Source: a virus (lineage: Duplodnaviria > Caudoviricetes). From it: a DNA stretch of 43,607 bases. Under the pieces are notes generated by a model that searched no databases, had not been told where the DNA came from, and worked only from the letters and a program-made list of their open reading frames with translations. How positions within the stretch are numbered: position 1 is the first letter of the stretch; each line of letters starts with the position of its first letter. Shown one piece after another: positions 18,662 through 28,992 of this stretch. The DNA lies in the IMG/VR virus record IMGVR_UViG_3300024051_000006, positions 1 to 43,607 of that record; one strand, given 5' to 3'. A program made the position numbers and the translations under genes.

Positions 18662-19053
18662 CCTCCCTCGAAGCCTCCGGCTTCTCCGAGGTCATCCAAG
18701 CGTTCGCGACCGCCGAGCGCGCGTCGGCGTCGCAAGCGCGAGCCGTCGTCGAGCGCGGCGCGATGAACATCAAGAGGCAGTTGCAGCGCGAACTGTCCGA
18801 CTCGAAGCACTTCAAGGGCGTCGCGCGCGACGTCTCCTACGACGTCCGCACGGCCGGCGCGTTCGGCGGCGGCATCATCGAGGCCGAGATCGGCCCCGAG
18901 TCTGGCCCGGGAAGCGCCGGCAACCTCGCGAACGTCGCCTACTTCGGCACGTCGCGCGGTGGTGGCACGGTGCCAGACCCGTCGCTCGCGCTCGCCGCCG
19001 AGGTCCCGCGCTTCGAGCGTGAGCTCGGGCGGCTCGTCGGAGAGGGGCTGTGA
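18658..19053 (+). CDS. Neck protein (HK97 gp10-like)
   Basis: GAMNIK...EAEIGP...GNLAN.AYFGTS. Confidence 0.75.
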   Translation: MTSLEASGFSEVIQAFATAERASASQARAVVERGAMNIKRQLQRELSDSKHFKGVARDVSYDVRTAGAFGGGIIEAEIGPESGPGSAGNLANVAYFGTSRGGGTVPDPSLALAAEVPRFERELGRLVGEGL

Positions 19054-19469
19054 TGCTCGCGCACATCCAGGCGATCCAGTCGGGGCTCTCGTCGGCCGGC
19101 TATCCGGTCTACTTCGTGAGCGTCCCGAGCGCGCCGACGTTCCCCTACGTGCTGCTCTGGTCTGGCACCGGCAGCCCCGGCTCCGAGGAGCCGCTTTGCG
19201 GGCCCGTAGGTGACATCGAGGCGGTCGTCGGCGTGACGGTCGTCGCTGGAACGCCTGCGGGCGTGCTGACGGTGCAGGCGAAGGTTCGCGGCATCCTCTC
19301 CCCCGGCGACGCTCGCACAGCACTCACGGTCGCCGGGCGCTCGGCGTCGCTCAAGCGCACGGGCGGCCAGACGGTGCAGGTCGACCGCGATGTGAAGATC
19401 CCCGGCACCGACACGAGCCCGGCGTTCTCGGTCGACCTGTACGACCTGCACTCCACGCCCTGCCTGTAG
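19050..19469 (+). CDS. Tail terminator
   Basis: PTFPYVLLW; position before major tail. Confidence 0.7.
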   Translation: MMLAHIQAIQSGLSSAGYPVYFVSVPSAPTFPYVLLWSGTGSPGSEEPLCGPVGDIEAVVGVTVVAGTPAGVLTVQAKVRGILSPGDARTALTVAGRSASLKRTGGQTVQVDRDVKIPGTDTSPAFSVDLYDLHSTPCL

Positions 19470-19534
19470 TCCATCCGTCCCGCAGCCCCGAGCACCTCGC
19501 TCTGGGGCTGCTCGTCATGCCCAGGAGGCACCTC

Positions 19535-19786
19535 ATGGCGTTCGTCGAGGTCTACCGCGCCGACATCGGCGAGAAGGTCCGGGTGCCCGAGTCGCACCTG
19601 CGGATCTTCCCCGGCGTGTTCACCACCGCTCCCCGCCGTCCGGCGGAGGCCAAGGCCGCTCGCTCCAAGCCCGCCCGTCAGGCCAGGTCCGCCCGCCGGG
19701 CCGCGCCTGAGCGTCAGGCCGAGCGCGCGGAGTCCAACCCCGAGTCCGCGGCCGAGTCCGCGGCGATCCCCCAGGAGGACGCATGA
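19535..19786 (+). CDS. Hypothetical protein
   Basis: AGGAGG RBS; overlaps major tail start. Confidence 0.6.
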   Translation: MAFVEVYRADIGEKVRVPESHLRIFPGVFTTAPRRPAEAKAARSKPARQARSARRAAPERQAERAESNPESAAESAAIPQEDA

Positions 19787-20328
19787 GCGTCAAGACCCTC
19801 GCGGACGGCAACACCAAGGTCACGCTGCTGGCCGCCGCCCCCGCCGACAAGAACGCGATCACCCTCACCGAGCTCACGGGCGCTGGCGCGAAGGACATCT
19901 CGTGCCAGATCCTCAAGAGCGACTTCGACTACGGCCCGACCGGCTCGGAGACCGTCGACGAGGCCCCCCTCTGTGCCGAGGGCAACGGCCAGACGCCCGG
20001 CCTGTCGAACTTCGGCGGCGGCTGGTCGATCTTCCGCTACTGGGACCCCGAGACGGGTCTCGCGGACGACACCGACGACTTCCTCTGGGAGGCCGCCAAG
20101 ACCAAGGGCACCACGCTCTACCTCGCCGTCCGCGACTCGCACAAGAAGTCCAAGGAGGCGTGGGCCGAGGACGACGAGTACCGCTACTTCGAGGTCGTCA
20201 CGGACGACCCGCAGCGTGGCGAGCGGAGCGGCTACATCAAGTACCGCCAGACGCTCCTCCACCAGGACGCGGCGCTCGACAAGCTCGTCGTCGCCGCCGA
20301 GGGTGGCGGCGAGATCGAGAACGGCTGA
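19783..20328 (+). CDS. Major tail protein
   Basis: KTLADGNTKV...DISC...SETVDE.PLC...VVTDDPQ. Confidence 0.85.
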   Translation: MSVKTLADGNTKVTLLAAAPADKNAITLTELTGAGAKDISCQILKSDFDYGPTGSETVDEAPLCAEGNGQTPGLSNFGGGWSIFRYWDPETGLADDTDDFLWEAAKTKGTTLYLAVRDSHKKSKEAWAEDDEYRYFEVVTDDPQRGERSGYIKYRQTLLHQDAALDKLVVAAEGGGEIENG

Positions 20329-20428
20329 CGCCGACAGACCCCGCGCGGCCCCGCTCTTCACGGGTCCGGGGCCGCGCGGACCACCACCCCATCCGACCCG
20401 TGACCATCCAGACCCGTGGAGCAGACCC

Positions 20429-21163
20429 GTGACTGACATCAACGTGAGCGCCGAGAGCGCGCAGAGCATCGACCTCGAGGCATGGCTGGGCGGAGCGACC
20501 GTCGCCGAGGCGTCCGTGGACGTGTACCAGCGCCCCGACCTCCTCGCCCGCATCGAGGAGTGGCAGCGCCGCTACGAGCGCGCCGAGGACTTCGAGCGGC
20601 AGACGGGCGGCGAGCGCTCGGCGGGCGAGGAGGACCCGCTCGCGGCGCTCGACGCCGAGGGTGAGGCGCTCCTTGCCGACCTCGCCGCGTCGCGCTCGAC
20701 CTGGTACCTGCGCGCCCTGTCGTCGGCCGACGAGCAGGCGATCAACGCCGCGCACCCGCTGCCCGAGCGACCCGCGACGTTCTCCGAGAAGCCGCCCGTC
20801 ATGCAGAACCGCCCGACCGACGCGCAGGCGCGCGCGTTCATCAAGGCCTACGAGGCGTGGCAGGCGCGCGGCGAGCAGTACCGGCTCGAGCACGAGGCCG
20901 AGTCCGAGGCGTGGGCGCAGTCGACGACGGCGGCGCTCATCGCTCGCGGCGCGGAGAAGATCGCGCGCTCCGTCGCGCGGATCGAGGTCGGCGGCGAGGT
21001 CATCGCCACCGCCGTCACGCTCGAGCAGGCCCGCTCCCTCCCCGAGCGCATCGGCGAGGTGCAGGTCGGCAAGATCCTCACGGCGATCAGCGCCGCGACC
21101 GAGCTCGAGCCCACGATGCCCGCCCCTTTCTCGCGTCGCGGCTCGGAGACGACCCAGGACTGA
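20429..21163 (+). CDS. Tail assembly chaperone (G)
   Basis: Between major tail and tape measure; slippery site near its end. Confidence 0.75.
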   Translation: MTDINVSAESAQSIDLEAWLGGATVAEASVDVYQRPDLLARIEEWQRRYERAEDFERQTGGERSAGEEDPLAALDAEGEALLADLAASRSTWYLRALSSADEQAINAAHPLPERPATFSEKPPVMQNRPTDAQARAFIKAYEAWQARGEQYRLEHEAESEAWAQSTTAALIARGAEKIARSVARIEVGGEVIATAVTLEQARSLPERIGEVQVGKILTAISAATELEPTMPAPFSRRGSETTQD

Positions 21164-21498
21164 TCCGCGCTCTCCGGACGGCGCGCGCATGGGGCGCGCG
21201 CCCGACAGAGTTCCTGGGGTCGTGGTCCGCGCGCGACCGCGACATGGCCCTCGCCCTCACGATCCACGAGGACGGCATGACTAGGCACGGGCTGCCCGCG
21301 TCGGTGGTCTACGACGACGAGCGCGGATCGTGGCTCGAGGCCCGGCCGATCGTCGACTACGCGGCCGCCGCCGAGCAGCGGTGGCTCAAGGAGAACCCGA
21401 ACGCCGAGCCGGGCACGGTCGTGCAGATCGTCGACACATGGCCCGGCGAGTCAGCGGCGGGCGATGAGCAGGGCGACGCCGAGCACGACGGCGACTAG
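21124..21498 (+). CDS. Tail assembly chaperone GT extension via -1 frameshift at C CCT TTC (21124-21130)
   Basis: -1 frame open to 21498 (LIRALRTARAWGARPTEFLG.W..RDR..ALAL). Confidence 0.7.
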   Translation, partial: PFLASRLGDDPGLIRALRTARAWGARPTEFLGSWSARDRDMALALTIHEDGMTRHGLPASVVYDDERGSWLEARPIVDYAAAAEQRWLKENPNAEPGTVVQIVDTWPGESAAGDEQGDAEHDGD

Positions 21499-21759
21499 CG
21501 CGGGGGCAGTCGCGACGAGCGCGATCCGCCCGGCGCGCGGACGCGGCCGCTCCCCGCCGGCGAGGCGCTTCACGAACCCGACGACGAGCGCGACCACCCC
21601 GGCAACTCCCGTCAGTGCCGCGACGAGCACGCAGATCGGCGCGACGTGCAGCACGGCCAGGACGGGCGTCGCCACGGCCGACGTCGCCACGGCAATCACC
21701 CCGTAGATCAGCGCGCTCGTGCCTGCGGGACGGGTCTGTGTAGCCACCTGCTCAGTCAT
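21451..21759 (-). CDS. Antisense small membrane protein (moron)
   Basis: MTEQVATQ...; about 3 hydrophobic segments; occupies the TAC-TMP gap. Confidence 0.65.
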   Translation of the reverse strand: MTEQVATQTRPAGTSALIYGVIAVATSAVATPVLAVLHVAPICVLVAALTGVAGVVALVVGFVKRLAGGERPRPRAGRIALVATAPALVAVVLGVALLIARR

Positions 21760-21799
21760 GGGCACATCCAACCGCATAGCACCCTCCGGGAGGTAGTCC

Positions 21800-24700
21800 G
21801 TGGCTGATCGGAAGATCAAGGTCGTCCTCACCGGCGAGATCGGGCAGTTCCGCCAGGCGCTCGGCCAGGGCGTGCAGGCGCTCAAGGAGACCCAGGCTGC
21901 GGCGACCAAGACCGCCGCCGTCATGGACAAGGCCAAGTCCGACATGGCGGCCGCGGCCAAGCGCGTCGAGGCCGCAGAGAAGGCCCTCTCCCGCGCCCAG
22001 AAGGACTCGTCCAAGACCGCCTCCCAGAAGGAGGCCGCCGAGCGGAAGCTGCAGAGCGCGCTCGACCAGCACAAGAGGGCCACCGACGCGGCCGTGCAGG
22101 CCGAGGCGAAGCACCGCGTCTCGCTGCAGCAGGTCGCCAAGGCGCAGGAGACTGCTGCGACGGCGGTCGGGCGGACGGCGCAGCGACTCAAGGAGAACTC
22201 TGACGCCTACCAGAAGGTGGGCGGCGTCCTCGCGGCTGCGGGCGCATCCGCGACGGCGCTCGTCGCAGGGGTTGTCAAGACCGGCGTCGCGTACAACACG
22301 CTGCAGCAGACCTCGCGCGCGGCGCTCAAGACGATGCTCGGCGGGTCCGAGGCCGTCAACGCGCAGATGGCCGAGCTCGACAAGTTCGCCAAGACCTCGC
22401 CGTTCTCCAAGCAGACGTTCATCACGGCGCAGCAGCAGATGCTCGCGTTCGGCATCGAGTCGAAGAAGGTCATCCCGTACCTCTCCGCGATCAACGACGC
22501 GACGGCGGCCGCTGGCGGCAACAGTCAGATGCTCGGCGAACTCGCGTTCGTCATGGCGCAGATCAGCGCGGCGGGCAAGATCACCGGGCAGGACCTGATC
22601 CAGTTCGGACAACGCGGCGTCAACGCGGCCGAACTCATCGGCTCGCAGATGGGCCTCACGGGCGCGGAGATCAAGCAGGCGATCACGGACGGCACGCTCG
22701 GTGCCGACACGGCGCTCGACGCGCTCGCACGGGGCATGTCCGAGAAGTTCGAGGGTGCGTCCGCGAACGTCAAGGCGACGTGGGCCGGCGCGACGGACCG
22801 CGTGAAGTCCGCGATCCGCGATATCTCGGCGCTGCTCGCGGCCCCGCTCGTCGACCCCGAGTCGGGCGGCGCGGCGGTCGGCTGGGCGAACGACCTCGCG
22901 GACGGGCTGCGGAAGGTCGAGGGCGTCATCCAGGGCATCCCCGGCCCGGTGCGTGCAGTCGGCAGCGCGCTCGTCGTGGCGGGCGCGGGCGCGACGACGC
23001 TCGCCGGGGCGCTGCTTCTGGCACTCCCCCGCATCGTCGAGACTCGGGCTGCGATGGACGCTCTCGCGGCGTCCGGGTCGAAGATCCCCGGAGTGCTCAA
23101 GGGGATCGGCAAGGCTGCAGGGCTGCTCACAACCCTCGCCGCCACGGCTGCTGGCGGCGTGACATTCACGGACTGGGTAACCAAGGCCGGGACCGCCGCG
23201 CCCGCCGTCGACGCACTCACCGACGCGCTCATGGGCCTCGAGAAGGCTGGCGACGGCCGCTTCGTCCAGAAGCTCATCAGCGGCGACACGGGCCACGCTT
23301 CGTGGAGCGACTGGTTCACGCCGGCCGCCAACCAGGCCGACGCGATCGGAAGCATCTCTGACGCGCTGGGTCGACTCAAGGCGTACAGCGAAGAGGGCTG
23401 GGTCGAGAACTTCCTCTGGGGCAATGCATCGGGGAAGAACTTCTACGGCGAGGACTCCGCGTACAAGCAGGCCGAGGAGTCGATCAAGAACCTCGACGCA
23501 GCGATGGCGCAGGTTGTCGCGAGCGGCGACACAGAGGCGCTCGCGTCGGCCGAGGCTCTGATCGCCTCGGAGGCCGCGTCGCTCGGCCTGACCCTCGACG
23601 AGGTCGCGTCGAAGTGGATGCCGCAGTACACCGAGGCGCTGGCGGGCGTCGGCGCAGAGTCGGCCTCGACCGGTGCGGCGACGCTCAAGCTCGCCGACGA
23701 CACCGAGGAGGCCGCCAAGCGCGCCGAGGAGGCGCAGAAGGCGCTGCAGGCCGCGTTCGACGACTTCTCCTCGCTCTACGGCGGCGCGGCGGCGGCGTTC
23801 ATCGACCTCGGCAGCGCCTACGACGCGGTGGTCCAGAAGAACATCGACCTCGCCGAGTCGACGGCCGCCGCGACGAAGGACTCCAAGGACTCCTGGGAGA
23901 ACTACTACGACGGCGCCTCCGTCTCGATGGACGACTACCTCGCCGAGCTCGAGGCGCAGGTCAAGGCGCAGAGCGAGTGGCAGCAGAACATGGTTGCGCT
24001 CGCGGGCAAGGTCTCCGCCGAGACGCTGGCCGAGCTCGGGAACCTCGGCCCCGAGGGCGCGCCGCTCATCGCGCAGCTCGTCAACGCGTCCGACAAGGAA
24101 CTCGCGCGCCTCGACCTCGCGACGACGGCGAAGCGCGAGACGGACGCGTTCGTGCAGGAACTCGCGAAGGCTCAGGACAACATCCCTGTCCTCAAGATCT
24201 TCGCCGACATGGGCATGGCACGGTCGGCGCTCGACCATTTCGTCAGCGACGCGCAGCGTCGGCACGTCACGCTGAACATCACCGCGAACGCTGGCGGCAC
24301 CGCCCGCACGGGCGTGACGGCCCGCGCGGGCGGCGGTTCCGTCGTTGGCCCTGGCACCGGCACGTCGGACTCGATCCCCGCACTCCTGTCCAACGGCGAG
24401 CACGTCCTGACGGCGTCCGACGTCACCAAGGCTGGCGGGCAGGGCGCGATCTACCGCATGCGCGGCCTCATCCAGGCCGGGGCGCTCCGGTTCGCCTCGG
24501 GTGGTGCCGTGCAGGCGGACGTCGTCCGGGCCAAGGACACGGTGCTGCGCGAGCGGCGCGAGGTCAAGGCGGCCGAGCATGCGGTCGCGCGCGCCCAGTC
24601 GGCCGCGACCCGCGCCTCGCGCGCGTCGGCCGACACGTCCGCGAAGGACAAGGCCGCGAAGGCGGCGGCGAAACGCGAGGCCCGCGAGGCCCAGGACGCC

Positions 24701-25951
24701 CTCAAGGCTGCCCGGTCGCGCCTCGCCCGCGAGAAGGCGCAGCTCAAGACCGCCGAGCAGGCCCTCGCCGACGCGCGCAACGCCCGCGCCGCCGAGAACA
24801 GCCGCCGCGCCGACATCCGCGACCTGCGCGCCGAGCACGCGCTCGACGTCAGCCGCGGCACGACGCGCGCCCAGGTCAACTCCGGCCTCTCCGGGGGCCT
24901 CTCCGCCGTCGACTCCGCGCTCGCGCTCGCAGGCTCGGGCACGCTGTCGAAGGCGAAGAGCGCCGAGCTCCGGCGCGTCGCCCAGCAGGCCGAGAAGGAC
25001 CTCACGACGCAGTACGGGCTGCTGGAGAAGCACAACGCCAAGATCGCCGAGCAGGAGGCCCTGCTCGGCGACGTCAAGGGCATGCGCGACCAGATCGCCC
25101 AGCAGATGATGAGCGAGGTCAAGCTCGCCGACACGCTCGCGGCGGAGACGACGCAGACCGTGCAGCACTCCAACGCCCGCGGCGACATCTGGTACTCGCA
25201 GGCGACCACGGGCGGCGGAACCTCGTCGGGCGCGATGCGCGCCTACCTGGCAGGCAAGCTCGCGAAGGTCACCACCCTCAACGGCAAGCTCGACGCGCTC
25301 CGCAGCAAGGGAATCCCGCCGAGCCTCCTGCGCGAGGTCCTCGGCGCAGGCTCCCTCGACGGATCGATCGCGCTCGCGGACGCGCTGCTGTCGTCCTCGG
25401 CGTCGGACTGGAAGGCGATCACGGCCTCGTGGACCGCGCTCGAGGCCCAGTCGCAGCGCACGGGCGACATTGCGACCCTCTCCGCGTTCGGCACGACCTC
25501 GGCGACGGTCGAGGCGTCCCTCGCGAAGTCGGTCGCGGCGGCCGAGGGCACGAAGAGCGCGGTCGACGAGGTCGCGCGGATCCTCTCGCAGGCCACGGGC
25601 GTCGCGCTCACGGGGTACGCGCTCGGCGGCTGGATCACGGGCGGCACACCGGGCAAGGACTCGGTGCCGCTGCTCGGGATGCCCGGAGAGTTCGTCGTCA
25701 ACGCGCGCTCGTCGCGCTACAACGCGAACCTCCTCGAGCGCATCAACGCGACCCCGGGCCCGGTCGCGGCCCCGCTCGTCGCGGCGCCCGTCGCGGCGGC
25801 CGCGGGCGCGAGCTCGGGCCCGGTGTACGTGACGATCCCCGACATCTACGTCCGCAACCCCATCACGGGGGAGGACGTGCGTGCGGTGGCGAGTCAGACG
25901 GTCCGCGCCGAGCTCACCTCGGCGGCCAGCGCGATGTCGAGGGGGTACTGA
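21800..25951 (+). CDS. Tape measure protein
   Basis: 1383 aa Ala-rich; tape-measure N domain (KTSPF...GKITGQDLIQF); GPGTGTSDSIPA motifs. Confidence 0.95.
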   Translation: MADRKIKVVLTGEIGQFRQALGQGVQALKETQAAATKTAAVMDKAKSDMAAAAKRVEAAEKALSRAQKDSSKTASQKEAAERKLQSALDQHKRATDAAVQAEAKHRVSLQQVAKAQETAATAVGRTAQRLKENSDAYQKVGGVLAAAGASATALVAGVVKTGVAYNTLQQTSRAALKTMLGGSEAVNAQMAELDKFAKTSPFSKQTFITAQQQMLAFGIESKKVIPYLSAINDATAAAGGNSQMLGELAFVMAQISAAGKITGQDLIQFGQRGVNAAELIGSQMGLTGAEIKQAITDGTLGADTALDALARGMSEKFEGASANVKATWAGATDRVKSAIRDISALLAAPLVDPESGGAAVGWANDLADGLRKVEGVIQGIPGPVRAVGSALVVAGAGATTLAGALLLALPRIVETRAAMDALAASGSKIPGVLKGIGKAAGLLTTLAATAAGGVTFTDWVTKAGTAAPAVDALTDALMGLEKAGDGRFVQKLISGDTGHASWSDWFTPAANQADAIGSISDALGRLKAYSEEGWVENFLWGNASGKNFYGEDSAYKQAEESIKNLDAAMAQVVASGDTEALASAEALIASEAASLGLTLDEVASKWMPQYTEALAGVGAESASTGAATLKLADDTEEAAKRAEEAQKALQAAFDDFSSLYGGAAAAFIDLGSAYDAVVQKNIDLAESTAAATKDSKDSWENYYDGASVSMDDYLAELEAQVKAQSEWQQNMVALAGKVSAETLAELGNLGPEGAPLIAQLVNASDKELARLDLATTAKRETDAFVQELAKAQDNIPVLKIFADMGMARSALDHFVSDAQRRHVTLNITANAGGTARTGVTARAGGGSVVGPGTGTSDSIPALLSNGEHVLTASDVTKAGGQGAIYRMRGLIQAGALRFASGGAVQADVVRAKDTVLRERREVKAAEHAVARAQSAATRASRASADTSAKDKAAKAAAKREAREAQDALKAARSRLAREKAQLKTAEQALADARNARAAENSRRADIRDLRAEHALDVSRGTTRAQVNSGLSGGLSAVDSALALAGSGTLSKAKSAELRRVAQQAEKDLTTQYGLLEKHNAKIAEQEALLGDVKGMRDQIAQQMMSEVKLADTLAAETTQTVQHSNARGDIWYSQATTGGGTSSGAMRAYLAGKLAKVTTLNGKLDALRSKGIPPSLLREVLGAGSLDGSIALADALLSSSASDWKAITASWTALEAQSQRTGDIATLSAFGTTSATVEASLAKSVAAAEGTKSAVDEVARILSQATGVALTGYALGGWITGGTPGKDSVPLLGMPGEFVVNARSSRYNANLLERINATPGPVAAPLVAAPVAAAAGASSGPVYVTIPDIYVRNPITGEDVRAVASQTVRAELTSAASAMSRGY

Positions 25952-26757
25952 TGCCGACCGGTGCAGATGGAGTGCTGACCGCCACGTGGCGATCGGGGGC
26001 TGCGGCGGTGTCGCTCGAGGTCGTCGGCACGGCGTGGCCGGTCGCGGTCGTCGAGGTGCGGATCATGCGGCTCGTCGCCGGGCAGCCGGACGTGCCGGTG
26101 CGTGGCGCGGACCGCGTGCCGGCCATCGCCGGCTTCTGGGTCGGCTCGGACCACGAGCAGCCGCTGCACTCCACGGTCGTCTACCAGGCGGTCGGGTGGA
26201 CGGCGGCGGGCGCGCAGGTCGTCTCGAGCATGGTGACCGTCGACACGACCGGCGCCCCTCACGGCATCTGGCTCAAGGCCGCCGGCCGCCCGAACCTCAC
26301 GGTGTGCACGGTCGGCCGATCCGTGGACGGCCCGACGTCGCACACCCAGGGAGGCGTCTACGACGTCGTCGGCGGGACCGGCGTCGCCGTCGCGTCCGTC
26401 GCCGGCGTCCAGGCCGACCGGGTCACGATGACGGTCGGGTCGCTGACCGTCGAGCAGGAGACCGCGATCCGTGCGCTGCTCACCACGACCCGCATCCTGC
26501 TCGTGCAGGACTGCGGGCACGACGTCATCGACTCGGGCTGGTACTACGTCGACTCGGTCCAGCGTGCCCCGCGCGACCCGCAGCACCTCCTGCCGGGCCG
26601 CAACCACACCCTCTCCCTGACCCGCACCGGCATCCCCGCGGGCGGAGGTCAGGGTGTCGTCGGCTGGTCGTGGGCTGCTGTGGAGGCGTCCTACGCGACG
26701 TGGGCTGACGTCGAGGCCGCCTACCCGACGTGGTTCGACCTCGAGCGGGGGGCGTGA
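25951..26757 (+). CDS. Minor tail protein (distal-tail position)
   Basis: Follows TMP; YATWADV..YPTW C-terminus. Confidence 0.75.
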   Translation: MPTGADGVLTATWRSGAAAVSLEVVGTAWPVAVVEVRIMRLVAGQPDVPVRGADRVPAIAGFWVGSDHEQPLHSTVVYQAVGWTAAGAQVVSSMVTVDTTGAPHGIWLKAAGRPNLTVCTVGRSVDGPTSHTQGGVYDVVGGTGVAVASVAGVQADRVTMTVGSLTVEQETAIRALLTTTRILLVQDCGHDVIDSGWYYVDSVQRAPRDPQHLLPGRNHTLSLTRTGIPAGGGQGVVGWSWAAVEASYATWADVEAAYPTWFDLERGA

Positions 26758-27902
26758 TGCAGCAGGTCTCCGCGCGCTTCCTGCCTGCCCTGTGCGGCCC
26801 GCACCGGGTGCAGGTGATGATCGAGTCCCGCCGCGGCGCGAGCGTCCTGTACTCCGGCATCCCCGTCGTCGACGGCAGCGTGACCGTCGACGGCACGGCT
26901 GTGTGCCGCCGCACCCTGTCCCTGACCGTGCCGCCACGCCTGTCCACCGGCCTGTACTCCGACCGCCCCTCCTTGCCGGACTCGCCGTCGCACCCGCTGG
27001 CCGCCTACGGCCAGGAGCTGCACGTCTCCTACGGCGTCGTCTACACCGATGACTCCGTCGAGTGGGTGCGTGCGGGCGTGTTCCGCATCGACTCGACGGC
27101 CGGCTCCCTGCTCGGCGACGGCACCGTGCAGGTGACCGCGCGCTCGCGGGAGGCGTTCATCGTCGACGCGCGTTTCCTCGCGCCGCGCACGGTCTCTGGC
27201 CCGTCGGTGACGTCGCTCATCGCGCAGCTCATCCACGAGGTGCTGCCGGGTGTCGAGGTCGTCGTCGCCGCGAGCCGTGACGCGCGCGTGCCCACGACGA
27301 CGTTCGACGAGGACCGGGCGGGGGCGATCACGTCGCTCGCGGAGTCGATCGGCGCGGTCTGGTACGCCGACGGCTGGGGGCGTTTCGTCGTGGCGGACGC
27401 ACCGTCGACGACGGGCACGCCCGCGTGGACGGTGCACGCGGGCGAGGGCGGCGTGCTCGTGAGCGCCTCGACGTCGACGACGCGCGACGGCGTCTACAAC
27501 GCCGTCGTCGTGCGCGGCGAGTCCCCGTCCGGGGATTTCCCGCCGATGCAGGCCACGGTGTACGACGAGGACCTCACGAGCCCGACCCGCTGGGGCGACC
27601 CGCACACGGGCCGCTTCGGCATGGTGCCCCGCTTCGAGTCCTACCCGACGGTCTCCACGCTCGAGCAGGCGCGCGCTGTCGGCCGCGGGCTGCTGGCGCA
27701 GTCGGTCGGCGCGGCGCACACCCTCGAGGCGTCCTCGGTCCCGAACCCTGCGCTGGAGCCCGGCGATCTCGTCCACGTCATCACCGACCCGGCCGACCCG
27801 GCCGGGAGCGTGCGCGCGCACATCGTCGACGGCTACACCCTCGGCCTGACCGCCGGGGCCGAGTTCCCCATTCGGACGCGTGACGTGAGGCAGGTGGCGT
27901 GA
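26757..27902 (+). CDS. Minor tail protein (baseplate hub-like)
   Basis: GSVTVD...RRTLSL, YNAVVVRGE, PNPALEPGD. Confidence 0.85.
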   Translation: MQQVSARFLPALCGPHRVQVMIESRRGASVLYSGIPVVDGSVTVDGTAVCRRTLSLTVPPRLSTGLYSDRPSLPDSPSHPLAAYGQELHVSYGVVYTDDSVEWVRAGVFRIDSTAGSLLGDGTVQVTARSREAFIVDARFLAPRTVSGPSVTSLIAQLIHEVLPGVEVVVAASRDARVPTTTFDEDRAGAITSLAESIGAVWYADGWGRFVVADAPSTTGTPAWTVHAGEGGVLVSASTSTTRDGVYNAVVVRGESPSGDFPPMQATVYDEDLTSPTRWGDPHTGRFGMVPRFESYPTVSTLEQARAVGRGLLAQSVGAAHTLEASSVPNPALEPGDLVHVITDPADPAGSVRAHIVDGYTLGLTAGAEFPIRTRDVRQVA

Positions 27903-28714
27903 TGGACCTGGCGCAGGGTGTGCGCGCGGCGGTCGCGCGCGACCGACAGTCGGGCGCGTATCTCGGCACGGTGACGGCGATCGACGCGACCGCGCTCGCG
28001 CTGACCGTCGACATCGGCACGGGCACGCCGCTGACGGGCGTGCGCTGGGTCGGCTCCTACGTCCCGGCGGTCGACGATTTCGTGACGGTGCTGCGCGCAG
28101 GGTCGGCGTGGATCGTCCTCGGCAAGCTCTCCAAGGACCTCACGGGGCCGGGCTTCATTGAGCAGACGGCGTACATCCAGCCGGCGTCGTGGGTCCTCGG
28201 CGGCGCATGGACCGACCAGCTGCCGCCCGACGACGGCTGGGACTGGCTGCTCGCCTACGACTCGATCCAGCAGGGCTCCGACTTCGCCGACGAGGCCTAC
28301 GGCATGCGCCAGTATGCGGCGATCGCCTTCTACCAGTCGGTCGCCGCGCAGATCCCTGTGGGGGCGACCGTCACGGCCGCGCGCGTGCGCTTCGCTCGCA
28401 TCGAGGCGATCTGGGCCGGGTCGTCGGGGTCCTCGCTGGTCTCCCCGGTGATCTCCGGGCACGCGCAGGCGACCATGCCGCCCGCCGGGCGCACCCCGGC
28501 GTCGATGAAGCTCGCCGCGTACACGGACTGGCGTCCAGGCACGCTCGCGGTCGGGCAGGCCGTCTCGTGGGCGCTGCCATCTGCGTGGCTGACGGCGCTG
28601 ATGTCGGGGGCGATGACGGGCCTGATGATCCACTCCACGCGCGTCGACGACTACGCGTGGTTCCAGACGGACCTCTCCGGCGTCCTCGAGATCACCTACC
28701 GCATCCCGGCCTAG
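27899..28714 (+). CDS. Minor tail protein
   Basis: N-terminal OB-like GTVTA...YVPAVDD.V.V...VLG; IPVGATVTAARV. Confidence 0.75.
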   Translation: MMDLAQGVRAAVARDRQSGAYLGTVTAIDATALALTVDIGTGTPLTGVRWVGSYVPAVDDFVTVLRAGSAWIVLGKLSKDLTGPGFIEQTAYIQPASWVLGGAWTDQLPPDDGWDWLLAYDSIQQGSDFADEAYGMRQYAAIAFYQSVAAQIPVGATVTAARVRFARIEAIWAGSSGSSLVSPVISGHAQATMPPAGRTPASMKLAAYTDWRPGTLAVGQAVSWALPSAWLTALMSGAMTGLMIHSTRVDDYAWFQTDLSGVLEITYRIPA

Positions 28715-28723
28715 GAGGCTGCC

Positions 28724-28990
28724 GTGTCTGACCTGCCCGACGACACCCCGCCCGACGACGACGTCCCGACCGGGGAGGTCCCCGACGTCGAGGAGCCCGG
28801 ACCTGAGTCCGCGCACGACGACGGCGAGCACGACGACGTCGCACCCGAGCCGACGCCGACGCTCGCGGACCTGCTCGCTCTGCTCGGCCTGCCGACCGAC
28901 GCGCGCGCGCTCGTCGTCACCCCCGAGACCGTCGTGGCGATCGCCGCCGACTATCCCGAGCCCTACACCCCGCCCGCCGAGGAGGCCTGA
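28724..28990 (+). CDS. Acidic hypothetical protein
   Basis: AGGAGG RBS. Confidence 0.6.
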   Translation: MSDLPDDTPPDDDVPTGEVPDVEEPGPESAHDDGEHDDVAPEPTPTLADLLALLGLPTDARALVVTPETVVAIAADYPEPYTPPAEEA

Positions 28991-28992
28991 CC

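Noticed and set aside
21752-26757. Very long alternative-frame ORFs (21752-25168 minus, 23614-26757 plus) and similar shadow ORFs genome-wide
   Set aside because: Stop-codon scarcity in high-GC DNA; Arg/Gly/Pro-rich translations overlapping well-supported genes
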